From: Macrostomum lignano
Lineage: Eukaryota
Reading direction: 5' to 3'
Assembly (NCBI GenBank): GCA_002269645.1
Contig: NIVC01001713.1
Location: 62,001 to 126,000 of the forward strand
DNA length: 64,000 bases
The notes beneath the pieces were generated by a model that worked only from the letters and a program-made list of their open reading frames with translations, did not search any database and was not told the origin of the DNA. Positions within the stretch are counted from its first letter, which is position 1; the number at the start of each line of letters is the position of its first letter. The translations under genes and the position numbers were made by a program. Of this stretch, positions 34,350-46,529 are shown piece after piece.

Positions 34350-35764
34350 CTGGAATGGCAGTGCGGTGTTAATTATTGTCATTGGCAACTTTAACTACCA
34401 TTTTGGATGTACTTCTAGTAATATTGGCCACTTAATCACTGAGACTTTAAAGATGATTGGAGCTCCTGATTTAATGGAGGGGGTGTGAGGGGAACTCTCA
34501 AGTCCATGAGGTTGGGGACTCAAGCATGCACATTGTGTAGATTGGGTGGTGGGAGCTTTTATTTAAGATGAATGTTTCCATTCCAATTCAAGGGGAGCTC
34601 TTAGGTTTCTAGGGTCAAAGACTCAAGCAACTGAGTTTTTCATGCCACATGTACATTATGGTTGGGATAATAGGGGGGGGGGCTAATTGACTATAGATAA
34701 GGATATAAGAAATCTTTACTTATAGTAGAATTCTACAAATTATTTGAAATCATGTCTAAAACTGAGGGCCTATTAGATGCAAAAATGTACTTTAGTTATA
34801 CAAAAATAGTACAAACACAAATGATTTTCCTAAATGGGAACCTTTTTAGGAAAGGTTACAAATGATAATTCAACCATGTTGAACATGAATCTACAGTCAT
34901 TTTTTGTAGATTTTTCAGCAAAAAATACCTATTCCAATGTACCATGGCCCTATTTTGTGCCTAGATGTCTTTTTAATATCTAGAATTTTTTTATTATTAG
35001 TAGATCATTAAAATGTTATTTTAAGTTCAGGTTAGACTAAGAAAGCAATAATAAAACTAATATAGGCTCAAAGGCTATATAGTGAAAGGCTTGCACATTC
35101 TTTAAGAAAGACTGACTTGTCTTTGACTTTGGAGACATAAAATGTTGATAATCTACATTGATTTTATTGAATCAAGAATTACAATCCATTTTAATGTATT
35201 AAATTGACTTACTTACTAGGCCTGTTTGCCAAAAAGCTTGCTTATAAATTTCCTAAGAAAGCTACACGCTTGGCTATTCATCTGGTATAAGCAGAGTAAA
35301 CTAATTTTTTAAAATTATTTGCAAATTTTATGGCTAAAATTAATGTTTTAATAACTTTTTAACTAGGTTTAACTTTAAATATTCTTAAAATATAATATCG
35401 TATAGTATAGACTATAGCATTCCTATTTGCTAAAAATGTATTTGTATTGTAGTAAATAGCCATTATTGCAAGCAGCATTTGGCACTGATTGGCCCCTAGC
35501 AATGCAAGTATGATATGGCATGTTAGCAGTCTAGCACAGTTTAGACCTTGACTGTAATAGAGAGTTATATCAATAATCTTTTTCAATCATTAAATCATAT
35601 CCAAAAATATATAAAGCTAAAGGTAGACTATATCAAGTAATAAAATTTGTGAAGACTAAATGATAATACACTATATTAAATTTAAAGCCAAATCTAAAAA
35701 CTTCTAGAATATCCTTCCTATTGTTTAATAAAATTAGGCCTTTAAGTCAAGACAAAAAAGTATA

Positions 35765-38023
35765 TAGAAAGCTTAATATCAACATTTGAATATGATTGCA
35801 ATTTCTAACAACTTCAATGCGTTTTGCACGCCATGGTGCATTGTCGGGATTTTATTAGAACGATTTGAGAAATTGAGATTGAAAGCAATTGATTAAATAT
35901 TGGTTTTTGCAACGTACACAGGTAAGGAGGGTAAGATTGAAAACAATTGATTACAACTTGGCTTTAACAACATACATAGGTATAGTAGGTAGGAGAGAGA
36001 ATTATAGATTGAGATTGAAAGTTAAACCAAATGTACACAATTCTTGTCCAATGGTCAAAAGGCAGAATCAGGGGCGGTAGCTTAAGTAATTGAACGTCAA
36101 GCTAAGTGTACACAGCGTGCACGACTGTGTCACTCACTGTTTAGAAAACGCGGAGAATATGACCTGTACCACTATGTTGTAATTGGGTGTTGAGATTTGG
36201 GGTCTGAGCTTTTATGTGTAGGGCCTCGAGAATTCTAAGTTTGACGTCAGTATGGCTTTGGTCAATGATTTTAAAGTGTTCTTCTGGTTTGCAGTCATTG
36301 CAATTAGTGCATTCAAGGAGATGAGTTTGTATAGCAGATGGTTTGAGCCAGTGTTCCCTGATCCTCGTGTGTAGGTGTCTTTTGGTTTTCCCCACGTAGG
36401 AGACGCTCTGATCCACAGAGCAGTTAAATTGGTAGACAACACCTGCACGCAGAGTACAAGGAACACGCGACTTTAATCTGCTAACAAAGTTCCCAATCTT
36501 GTTTGTGTGGAAGACAACCCGGATGTTACGATTGAAAGAGGCAAAGAATAACCTACGCATTCTGTTTTTAAAGGCTAGAGATGGAGGTCCGAGGAAGGGG
36601 AGACAGAATGGGTTCAAATTCTTCAGTGGTAACAGATTGCTTAGGTTTTTGTTTGGTGATTTTGTCCGAGATGAACTTGTTGATGATTTTTTGGACCAGA
36701 CAAACAGGGTAGTCATTTTGATGGAACAGTCTAGTGAGGAACTGCACCTTCCGGTCAAAGTTGATCCAGGTGTTATAGGTAGTGAAAGCTCTATGGAGCA
36801 AACACCTCACGAGCCCAGTTTTCCATTGTCTGGGGCAAGTGGCTTGGAAGTTGAGAATGAGATTGGTAAAGCTTTTCTTACAGAAGACTTTTGTAAAGAG
36901 GGTTTCATTACTGTAGTCAATGTCAATGTCCAGGAAGGGGAGTCTTTGGTCAACAGCATGTTCAACCATGAATTTTATGTTCTTATGAGTGGAGTTGAGA
37001 GCGTGGAGGAACTGATCAGTTTTTTGCTCCTGATCAAAGATGGCAAACGTATTGTCAACGTAGCGCCTATAGAATTTGGAGGCACAGTTGAGAGACATCC
37101 AGTTTTCGGTTTCCCAGTGGGCCAAGCAGACGTTCACCAGAGTGGGGGCCAAGGGGCTTCCCATGGCACAGCCATCAACTTGCCTATAATATTTATTGTC
37201 AAACATAAAGATTCCAGAGGTAGCAAAGCCCAGGAATTTTCTAAAGGACGACTTGGCCATGGTGGGAGGGTTCGTGTTGTACACCAACTCAGTGGCATAG
37301 TCAATGGCCAGATCAAGGAGGATGTTGGTGAAGAGAGAAACATCAAAATTACATAAAGAGTTGGATCTATTGAGCGTAGGGTTGAACTTTTGAAGGTCAT
37401 TGAGGAAGTCTTTATTGGATTTGGACATGAAATTGGAAGGAATGCAGGGCTTGATAAGAGAATCCAGGTACTTGGCAACTTTGTATTCGGTGGTGTTGAC
37501 CATGGAGACAATTAGTCTAAGGGGATTGTCAGGTTTGTGGACTTTACAAACCCCGTAGAGTTGTCCCGGTTGACTGCCACTAGGTAAGATACGCTGATAG
37601 ATGTTTGGTTCGATGTGTTGTTTGATATGGTTGCGGAGGAAATTTTGAAAAGATTGTTCGGCTTTGAGGATGGGATGCGACATGGTAACAGTGTCATGAG
37701 TGCCCAGGCACTAGAATTTGGTTTGGTCTTGGATGATACTGTGGAGTTTGTTGTTATATTGAGAATGGCCACGCCATATCCTTTGTTGTAACTAACGATT
37801 TTAATTTTGTCAGATTTGCTTTACTGTTTGAGAGTATGGTGTTGGAGTTGATTTTTCTTATTGGCAAGGCAGTTGGTGGCTTTGATAACAAAGTTTTCAA
37901 ATTCAGCAATGATTTTTAGTATTACTGAGTATTACTTATCCTGACGATGCACCATGGTGTGCGAAATGCGTTGAAGTTGTTAGAAATTGCAATCATATTC
38001 AAATGTTGATATTAAGCTATCTA
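35765..38023 (-). mobile_element. Penelope-like retroelement (RT + GIY-YIG), degraded, with ~86-bp inverted terminal copies
   Basis: Minus-strand peptides DKIKIVSYNKGYGVAILN, GQLYGVCKVHKP, YRQVDGCAMGSPLAP, RRYVDNTF (catalytic DD changed to DN), LPFLDI, GVVYQFNC...SYVGKTKRHLHTRIREH, ILEALHIK...NLNTQ, with frameshifts. 35765-35850 is an inverted copy of 37938-38023. Confidence 0.92.
37938..37976 (+). ncRNA. Hammerhead-ribozyme-like core in the Penelope terminal repeat (degenerate)
   Basis: CTGACGA-T-GCAC(catggt)GTGC-GAAA-TGCG-TT. Core, stem II and short palindromic stem III match PLE minimal hammerheads. Stem I is weak. Confidence 0.55.
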
Positions 38024-38502
38024 TTTATTCTTCTTGCCAAGCGAGCAACTCTACCAGCAAAAAAGTATACAATTACAAAAATGATTATATAGCTAACATT
38101 GGTCAAATAAGCTTATTACTATTTAGCTAGCACTCTTGCCCTAATTGCTAGTCAAAAGTTTATTATCACCAAGCTTAATATATAAATTTTAGCATAAGTA
38201 AATTATTAGAGCTAGAATTCTACTATAACCAATTTTTTCACATATCTACATCTATAGCCATATCTTGAAATTTTTCCCATAGCCTATCTGTATCCATATC
38301 CATAGCTAGTAAGCTCTGTACTATTGTAACTACTATTCTTTAACCCTGATAGACACTGGAGAAGTAGCTGAATGCTGCATTTGCAATCATGCTATATGTG
38401 GCCTTTGAAGTGCATAGCAATTTAGACAATAAGATGGGCAATGACTGATTGGCTAGCCATATCATCTGGTCAGAGGCCCTCTGCCCTAAGCTGCTACATA
38501 AA

Positions 38503-38674
38503 GTGCTGCTGCTCAAGCTGCAGGGATAGTGCAGGCAAGGCCAAGGTGCTGCTGCTCAAGCTGCAGGGATAGTGCAGGCAAGGCCAAGGTGCTGCTGCTC
38601 AAGCTGCAGGGATAGTGCAGGCAAGGCCAAGGTGCTGCTGCTCAAGCTGCAGGGATAGTGCAGGCAAGGCCAAG
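38503..38674. repeat. 43-bp tandem repeat, 4 copies
   Basis: Unit gtgctgctgctcaagctgcagggatagtgcaggcaaggccaag. Confidence 0.95.
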
Positions 38675-40556
38675 GACAAATAGTAAGATTCTCTTTTTTG
38701 TTCCTTTTCTTTTCTCTCTTTCCCTTTTCCCCTCTCTTCTCTCCCCTCTTTTATTTTCCCTTTTCTTTTCTTTTTCTTTCTCTCTTCTCTCCTCTTTCCT
38801 GACATCTTTTATTGCATTTAAGTTACTAAAGTAACAAAATCTCCAATTCTTACCATTCAAGATCTTCTATGAGGGCAATAGCCTACACATCAATTGGTTT
38901 CTAAGAAGTCTCCTTTGCAGTCTAGCCTTCTTTGATTATGGCAAATGCTAGATGGCTTCTTTATTAGTTTCATTCATTCTAATATAAGCCCCTACCATCC
39001 TAACCACAATGTGCATATGGTGTAAAAATTGAGTCTTTGAACCCAAGGACTTTAGAGCTAGCTACCTTTGTATTGAAAGTGAAAACATGTCTTAACTTTA
39101 CCTTCCCTCCCATTTCAACACTAGAGTGCATATAGTGTCTTTGTTGCTTGAGTCCCTGATTTTAGAAACTTAAGACTCAAGAGCACCCTATATTAATGTA
39201 GGGAGCTACATTAATATATTAAATTAATGTTGAATGTTATATTTAATGCTATATGTTATATTATAATTAATGTTATATTAAATTAATACTAAATTTCATA
39301 TCAAATTTAGTCCTACAATCCCAATACCATCCTAGTCCCCAACCCTAAGGACTTAGGAGCTTCTTTTAAAAATGATTTATCTTAACTTTAGCCTTACTAT
39401 CCAACCTCAATGTGCATATAGAATCAAAAATCTATCCCTATTATATATTATAAGTCCCCAACCCCAGACTTAAGAGCTTTAGCTAGATTTTACATTGGAA
39501 AATGAAAACTCTTACACTTTTGGGCAATGAATCTACTGCCCAACTACAACATGCATATGGCATCAAAACTTTTTGTTGCTTAAGTTTCCAAATCTTTAGG
39601 GGCCTATAAAGACTTATAAGCTCTTTTAAAATGATAACATCTATCAAATTAACAACTCTCCAATGGTTGTAAATCATGTTTCAATTGAGTAATATTGCTA
39701 GGCCTAGATATAATAACTAGATATGGGAAATATATTTCTACAACCATATCCATATTTATATACTTTGCCTTTGCCAAAAAACCATATCTATAACTTTTTA
39801 TAGCTATATCCAATGCTACAATGGAACTCTAGTTAGAGCTGAAAGTAGGTCTATTAAGCAGATAATAAGTCTAGCCCTGATTAATTAATTTTTAGAATAT
39901 TTTAAAATTATTAAAAAATATATAGATCTAGCCTAGGCTAGGCCTAATCTAGGATATAATATGGTATAGGCCCTATCTAAAGTTGTTAGAGGCAAGGGTA
40001 TTACCATAGATTTTATAATGTAAGCCTAGGCATTCATTTTTGTATTGTATACATTTATCTTAGTATAAGTATTGCAAATTGTAAACACTTATTTTAACAT
40101 TGCAGTTGTTCATTTCAATGCTATTAACATTAATTTTAGTGCTATAGATACTCATTTTGGCACTGCAAGCCCTTACTATGATGCTATAAGCACTTATTTT
40201 AGTGAGACCTAGGCCTAGTCACTTATTATGGCACTATAAATGTTCATTTTGGTATCATTAAGTACTCTTTTAGTTTTGGGTATCATAATAAGCACTCATT
40301 ATAGACATAGTATTGCAAGCATTCATTTTATTTAATACTAGAAGCAAAGCATTTATTTTGGCATTGCAAATATTCTTTTTGGCCCAGGCGCAGATCCAAA
40401 AAATTTTTGAAGGGAGGGGGCCAAGCTATACCAAGCACTATAAGCTAGGGCCTAACCCCATATTGGAAAATAGACCTGGCATAGTAGCAAGCCAAAAAAG
40501 TAGGCCTATGATCAAAATTTCTTTGGCTGCAGCTGAGGGGGCCCCTTGGCGCGCCC

Positions 40557-41247
40557 CGGTTCCTGGACACTTCGTCATCTTACCACTTCGTCATCCACTC
40601 TTATTATTGGACACTTCGTCATCTTACCACTTCGTTATCCACTTACTAATGTGGACACTTCGTCATCTACTCCCTGGACACTTTGTCATCCACATTTTGT
40701 ATGAAAAACTTTGCTATATGTAACATGTATACTCGTACATGCAACTACATAACTATATAAAGATAAAGATTAAACATTATATATATATATGTATTTACAT
40801 ATAGTCGCCCTCCTCCTTTCACATTCTGGGCTTGGGACCAGACAATGGCGGAGTTACGACCCACAAAGATAGTCGTTAAATACCATAATTCGTAGCTATA
40901 TGTAGGCACAAAGATCACTAATTTCACAAAGCACAGAGAAAATAGCATTAAGACCTATACATTTAAATTACTGCAGAATTAATAGTACCAGCTAGTATTA
41001 AGCAAGTGTGATTTTTTCCGAACAGAATAATTCCATGGCTGATTTTAAAAATCAAGCAAGAACTTACGTACATTTAATAAATACTCACTGATGGCCTTGC
41101 ACTTGACCGCCGAACCGAGGGATGTGACCCAGGCGAGAGCAGCTAAGCAGGAAGCTGCGGATGGAGAGTTCGCCAGCTCGATATTTGGCCCAGTTGCGCT
41201 CTGCAGACTCCTGCAGCTGCTGGTAACGCAACTTGCACTGACTTGCC
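40557..41247 (-). mobile_element. Probable truncated Mutator-like remnant: repeat-built terminal arm plus last transposase exon
   Basis: Arm of ggacacttcgtcatc repeats (40557-40695). Minus exon 41247-41085 encodes ASQCKLRYQQLQESAERNWAKYRAGELSIRSFLLSCSRL, which resembles the helical C-terminus of animal MULE transposases (recognised from memory, not searched). Confidence 0.45.
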
Positions 41248-41827
41248 CTGTTAAGTTAGATTTTTTTGATTTTTTATATAAAAAAACCATAAGGCACAAT
41301 ATTAATATATGGATTTTGTAACCCTAAAGCAATTATTGATTTCAATAATACTATAGGTCACTAGAGTATAGGAGTATAGCAGCCATTTTGTCTGCTGCAT
41401 TTTTTTTGACCAGCAGCAGATAAAAAGACTAAAATAGGTAAAATGTAGCTACATTTTCTATGAAGCTTATTTTTCCTGATGAATTTGGGCCTATTGCCAG
41501 CAATGTTGTTACTCCAGCAATTTTAATTGCTGAATAATAGGCCTAATTTTTATTTCTAATTTTATAGACGATTTTAACATTTTTATTGCTCAATTTTCAT
41601 GAATGACACTCTACTCTATGACGTCTATGTTAGTGCAGCCTTATTATAAAAAATGGCCCTCCAACTACTACAATTGTGGCTACTGCCTTCAAAGCTTGAA
41701 CGAGATAAAATCATTCATTCAGATCTTTGACTACCTAGGATATTTGCTTGATAAAGACCCATAAAGTCCATTAAGTGCAACTGAGGTGGGGCGGAAAAAT
41801 GAAAATAAACTCGGATCTTAAACTCGG

Positions 41828-42525
41828 CAAGGACGACTTAAGTAGAAGGACGGGAAACCTCGTTTCTTAGAAAATTTTTGAAGGCACTTTTTCCCGAAAA
41901 AATACACTGCGGAGATAGGAAATTTTCATTTTTTCAGCACAAAAATTGCTATAACTTTTGATAGGAGGCAGATCCAGTGTTGATCTTTTGATATGTTGTG
42001 CCTTTTTTATTGCTCTATCGATATTTATAAAGCTTTTCGTTCAGAAAATTGGGATTCTATGTAAATTTTTTATTCTACGTATATTTCCTGTATCTAAAAA
42101 TCACAAAAATGCATGACACAGCTCTAATATTTGGTTTTATGAATCTATTTTATCATCTATGTTACGACTATTTGCTATACAGTCAGGTAAGAAGGATAAA
42201 ATAGACTCATAAAATCAAAGAGCCAAGCCGTGGCATTCTAATGTATTTCAAGCACAAGACACATGAAAATATACGCAGAATAAAAAATTAACATAGAATC
42301 CCAATTTTCTGAACGGAAAGCTTTATAAATATCGATAGAGCAATAAAAAAGGCACAACATATCAAAAGATCAACACTGGATCTGCCTCCTATTAAAAGTT
42401 ATAGCAATTTTCGTGCTGAAAAAATGAAAATTTCCTATCTCCGTAGTGTATTTTTTCGAGAAAAAGTGCCTTCAAAAATTTTCTAAGAAACGAGGTTTCC
42501 CGTCCTTTTACTTAAGTCGTCCTTG
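41828..42525. mobile_element. Long-TIR MITE (~260-bp TIRs, 8-bp TSD), related to the 25450-28167 element
   Basis: Ends caaggacgacttaagt / acttaagtcgtccttg. Perfect TSD aaactcgg (41820-41827 / 42526-42533). Shared internal motif aaaaatacactgcggagataggaaa. Confidence 0.92.
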
Positions 42526-43996
42526 AAACTCGGCTTGATGTTAGACGCATTTGTTTCCCGATCGATATTCAGATTGATATTCGAAAACTAACAAAATCTC
42601 TGCTCTGCAAAAATATTTTAGAACGCCGTTTGACAGGAAAAAAAGTGCAACTAAGAACATTGCAAAAATAAAGTTTCAGCTCGATCCGTCACTCTAGCTC
42701 GAAATGGCACCGATTTTCGATGTGCTCCCATTTAAAATACATGTGATTTTATAAGGCAGATCGATATTCGAGTTCGCTCACTTTGGCTTGACCATTCAAC
42801 ATGAAATTTTACACACTAAAAATTGCAAACCAGAAACCGATAAATATACAGTTTCAGCTCGATCCGTCACTCTGGCTCGAAATGGCACCGATTTTCGATG
42901 TGCTCCCATTTAAAATACATGTGATTTTATAAGGCAGATCGATATTCGAGTTCGCTCACTTTGGCTTGACCATTCAACATGAAATTTTACACACTAAAAA
43001 GTGCAAACCAGAAACCGATAAATATACAGTTTCAGCTCGATCCGTCACTCTGGCTCGAAATGGCACCGATTTTCGATGTGCTCCCATTTAAAATACATGT
43101 GATTTTATAAGGCAGATCGATATTCGAGTTCGCTCACTTTGGCTTGACCATTCAACATGAAATTTTACACACTAAAAAGTGCAAACCAGAAACCGATAAA
43201 TATACAGTTTCAGCTCGATCCGTCACTCTGGCTCGAAATGGCACCGATTTTCGATGTGCTCCCATTTAAAATACATGTGATTTTATAAGGCAGATCGATA
43301 TTCGAGTTCGCTCACTTTGGCTTGACCATTCAACATGAAATTTTACACACTAAAAAGTGCAAACCAGAAACCGATAAATATACAGTTTCAGCTCGATCCG
43401 TCACTCTGGCTCGAAATGGCACCGATTTTCGATGTGCTCCCATTTAAAATACATGTGATTTTATAAGGCAGATCGATATTCGAGTTCGCTCACTTTGGCT
43501 TGACCATTCAACATGAAATTTTACACACTAAAAAGTGTAAACCAGAAACCGATAAATATACAGTTTCAGCTCGATCCGTCACTCTGGCTCGAAATGGCAC
43601 CGATTTTCGATGTGCTCCCATTTAAAATACATGTGATTTTATAAGGCAGATCGATATTCGAGTTCGCTCACTTTGGCTTGACCATTCAACATGAAATTTT
43701 ACACACTAAAAAGTGCAAACCAGAAACCGATAAATATACAGTTTCAGCTCGATCCGTCACTCTAGCTCGAAATGGCACCGATTTTCGATGTGCTCGCATT
43801 TAAAATACATGTTAAAGGATAAATAAAAGGTGGCTGTGTCTGCATATTTATTGACTGGCGAAACTCAGATTTCTGTTAATTGAGTGCGCGTTGGGATGTG
43901 CTCGAGCAGGGGGAAGTGGATAGGCTGGGTGGGGGTTACGGAGTGCAAACTGAGTGCCCGAACTGCCTGCCTGCGCATGCTACAGTTACTAAATTA

Positions 43997-44206
43997 TTAC
44001 CGAACACCGTGTCCATTTGCAGGATTTAAGTCAAATATTTGTTCCGGTCTTACACGGGTCACATATTTATCTAATTGTGATTTGCGGTGCCAGCAGAAAA
44101 ATTCTAATCCTGGACTCCCTGAAAAACCGAGCCGCTGCAATTCGTCAACTGAAGCCCATAGTTCATCGATGGAAGTAGGTAAACCATTTGTGTCGTATAA
44201 TTGCAC
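43997..44206 (-). pseudogene. Orphan 3' exon of an unidentified element-borne gene
   Basis: Acceptor tag|GTG at 44206, then 69 open codons (VQLYDTNGLPTSIDELW...RPEQIFDLNPANGHGVR*). No upstream exon found. Confidence 0.4.
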
Positions 44207-44355
44207 CTACGAGCTACGCTCGTACAATGTGCTGATTAACTTTTTGCCTGTAAATTTACTTGCTATTATGGACCATAAAGCCATGAACGTCCATCCATAT
44301 ACTAAAAATCCGGTACTTAAAATATTCCGCTAAACTACATTTCATACTCCTGCAG

Positions 44356-45082
44356 ACAACTCCTCGATTCGAATGTCGTCGCTGCATTCGTGGACCAAAC
44401 AGCACCTGTGTTCAGAAGCAGCCCGGTGACTTTTGAGCCAGATACTTTGCCACGGACCATGCAGAATGACGGCTATAGCTGCGGTGTGTTCGTCTGTCTG
44501 TATGCCACGGCTGTTGCAACTGGATCACCGCTACACTTCAGAAACGACACAGGATCCCTAAAAAAGTATAGGTGTCACATCTGGCAGGTTTTCCAGAATT
44601 ACAGTCAAGGAGGAAGCCAGGCGACCTGCAGCACGTGCAACAGGATGGTACCTGATGCTTGTGCTAGAAATCGGACGATTGACTGGGTGGGTAGCAGCTA
44701 GTACGCTTGCTATATTGACTACACTTTAAAGGCTTTACGAGCGTACAATAGTTATGCTGCTCTCTTCGTTGAAGTTGTTCTTTCCGGAAATAGGCTAATC
44801 TACGAGTATTAACGATATATCGCCGATAAGTAGCTAGTACTAAAACCATTTCACTTGTAGGTAGCCAACAGTGGCAATAAAAGCTAAAAAGGAAGTATAT
44901 ATAAATTAACCATACTGATATGCTAAATAAAATTAGGGCAATCCCATTTAACGCTGAAATTAAATTCCTTACTACAGATCGAATGCCCATCCTGCCTGAA
45001 TTGGTACCACGACAAATGCGTGGTCAGTGGCCCGACCGACACCTTTATCTGTTCGAGCTGCCAAAACTTATTTTCGATCTGA
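44356..45082 (+). pseudogene. 3' exons of an element-borne Ulp1/C48 peptidase + PHD-finger gene (5' part missing)
   Basis: Exons 44356-44686 and 44978-45082 (GT-AG, phase 0). They encode QLLDSN...MQNDGYSCGVFVCLYA (Asp, Gln, Cys of the C48 fold) and CSTC...DW|IECPSCLNWYHDKC...FICSSC (C4HC3 PHD spanning the intron). Confidence 0.8.
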
Positions 45083-45278
45083 ACGAACGAAGCAACTGCA
45101 AATTACGTAGTGAATTTAAACAGCGCTTTTTTAATTTTACGAGTACATCTAGACTGTTTCTTAAAGCATACTAGGTAATCGTATATTAGGAATTACGAAT
45201 CGTGCATCTCATCGTTCCTGCAATCGCACAGTTTTTATTGTTATAATTTTCCTTTACAAACTCTCATACTCCATCAGC

Positions 45279-45560
45279 CAGGTGCGGATCCAGGAATTTC
45301 TTGAGTGGGGCCTAATGCAATGCTAGATCACCGAGGGCCTTGGGGCCGGATTGGAAGGGCCGGATCTGGCCCTGTGGCCGAGGGCTGTTGACCCCCTGCT
45401 AAAAGTCTTAAATTAAAAGTAAGTTAATTCTCATATAGCTTCTGAACATTGCAAGGCGAGGCAATAAATAGAATGTACTGCTTGCTTAGTATTGCTTAGG
45501 AAAGGCCATTTTTCGGGAAGCAGAGTATTAATTGCAACCCCTAATTAGATCCGCAACCTG
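45279..45560. mobile_element. hAT-like MITE nested in the foldback element
   Basis: Imperfect TIR caggtgcggatc / gatccgcaacctg. TSD only 5/8. Confidence 0.6.
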
Positions 45561-46529
45561 CCTTCTGTGAGCTATATACGAGAGCTATAGAATTTCGCGT
45601 TCCTCGTTGTCTATACTTTCCTGAATGCACCAACATCCGAACAATTAATTTAACAATAAACGAGTCCCAAACAACGTTGTTGCCTTCGTGTGTAAAATTT
45701 ATGAGAAAGAAATAACGTTTAATATTTCATGTTGAATGGTCAAGCCAAAGTGAGCGAACTCGAATATCGATCTGCCTTATAAAATCACATGTATTTTAAA
45801 TGGGAGCACATCGAAAATCGGTGCCATTTCGAGCCAGAGTGACGGATCGAGCTGAAACTGTATATTTATCGGTTTCTGGTTTGCACTTTTTAGTGTGTAA
45901 AATTTCATGTTGAATGGTCAAGCCAAAGTGAGCGAACTCGAATATCGATCTGCCTTATAAAATCACATGTATTTTAAATGGGAGCACATCGAAAATCGGT
46001 GCCATTTCGAGCCAGAGTGACGGATCGAGCTGAAACTGTATATTTATCGGTTTCTGGTTTGCACTTTTTAGTGTGTAAAATTTCATGTTGAATGGTCAAG
46101 CCAAAGTGAGCGAACTCGAATATCGATCTGCCTTATAAAATCACATGTATTTTAAATGGGAGCACATCGAAAATCGGTGCCATTTCGAGCCAGAGTGACG
46201 GATCGAGCTGAAACTGTATATTTATCGGTTTCTGGTTTGCACTTTTTAGTGTGTAAAATTTCATGTTGAATGGTCAAGCCAAAGTGAGCGAACTCGAATA
46301 TCGATCTGCCTTATAAAATCACATGTATTTTAAATGGGAGCACATCGAAAATCGGTGCCATTTCGAGCTAGAGTGACGGATCGAGCTGAAACTTTATTTT
46401 TGCAATGTTCTTAGTTGCACTTTTTTTCCTGTCAAACGGCGTTCTAAAATATTTCTGCAGAGCAGAGATTTTGTTAGTTTTCGAATATCAATCTGAATAT
46501 CGATCGGGAAACAAATGCGTTGATGTTAG

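Larger units (their letters stand above)
42545..46520. mobile_element. Foldback-type Mutator-like element (9-bp TSD) with 178-bp tandem arms and internal gene fragments
   Basis: TSD tgatgttag (42536-42544 / 46521-46529). TIR acgcatttgtttcccgatcgatattcag... Left arm has 6 full 178-bp units plus a partial (units start 42673, 42851, 43029, 43207, 43385, 43563, 43741). Right arm has ~3.7 inverted units (45724-46392). Confidence 0.92.

Noticed and set aside
42673-43812. Regularly spaced repeats suggestive of a CRISPR array (also 6738-7042 and 29790-30150)
   Set aside because: Head-to-tail tandem units with no unique spacers, no cas genes, and a eukaryotic context.
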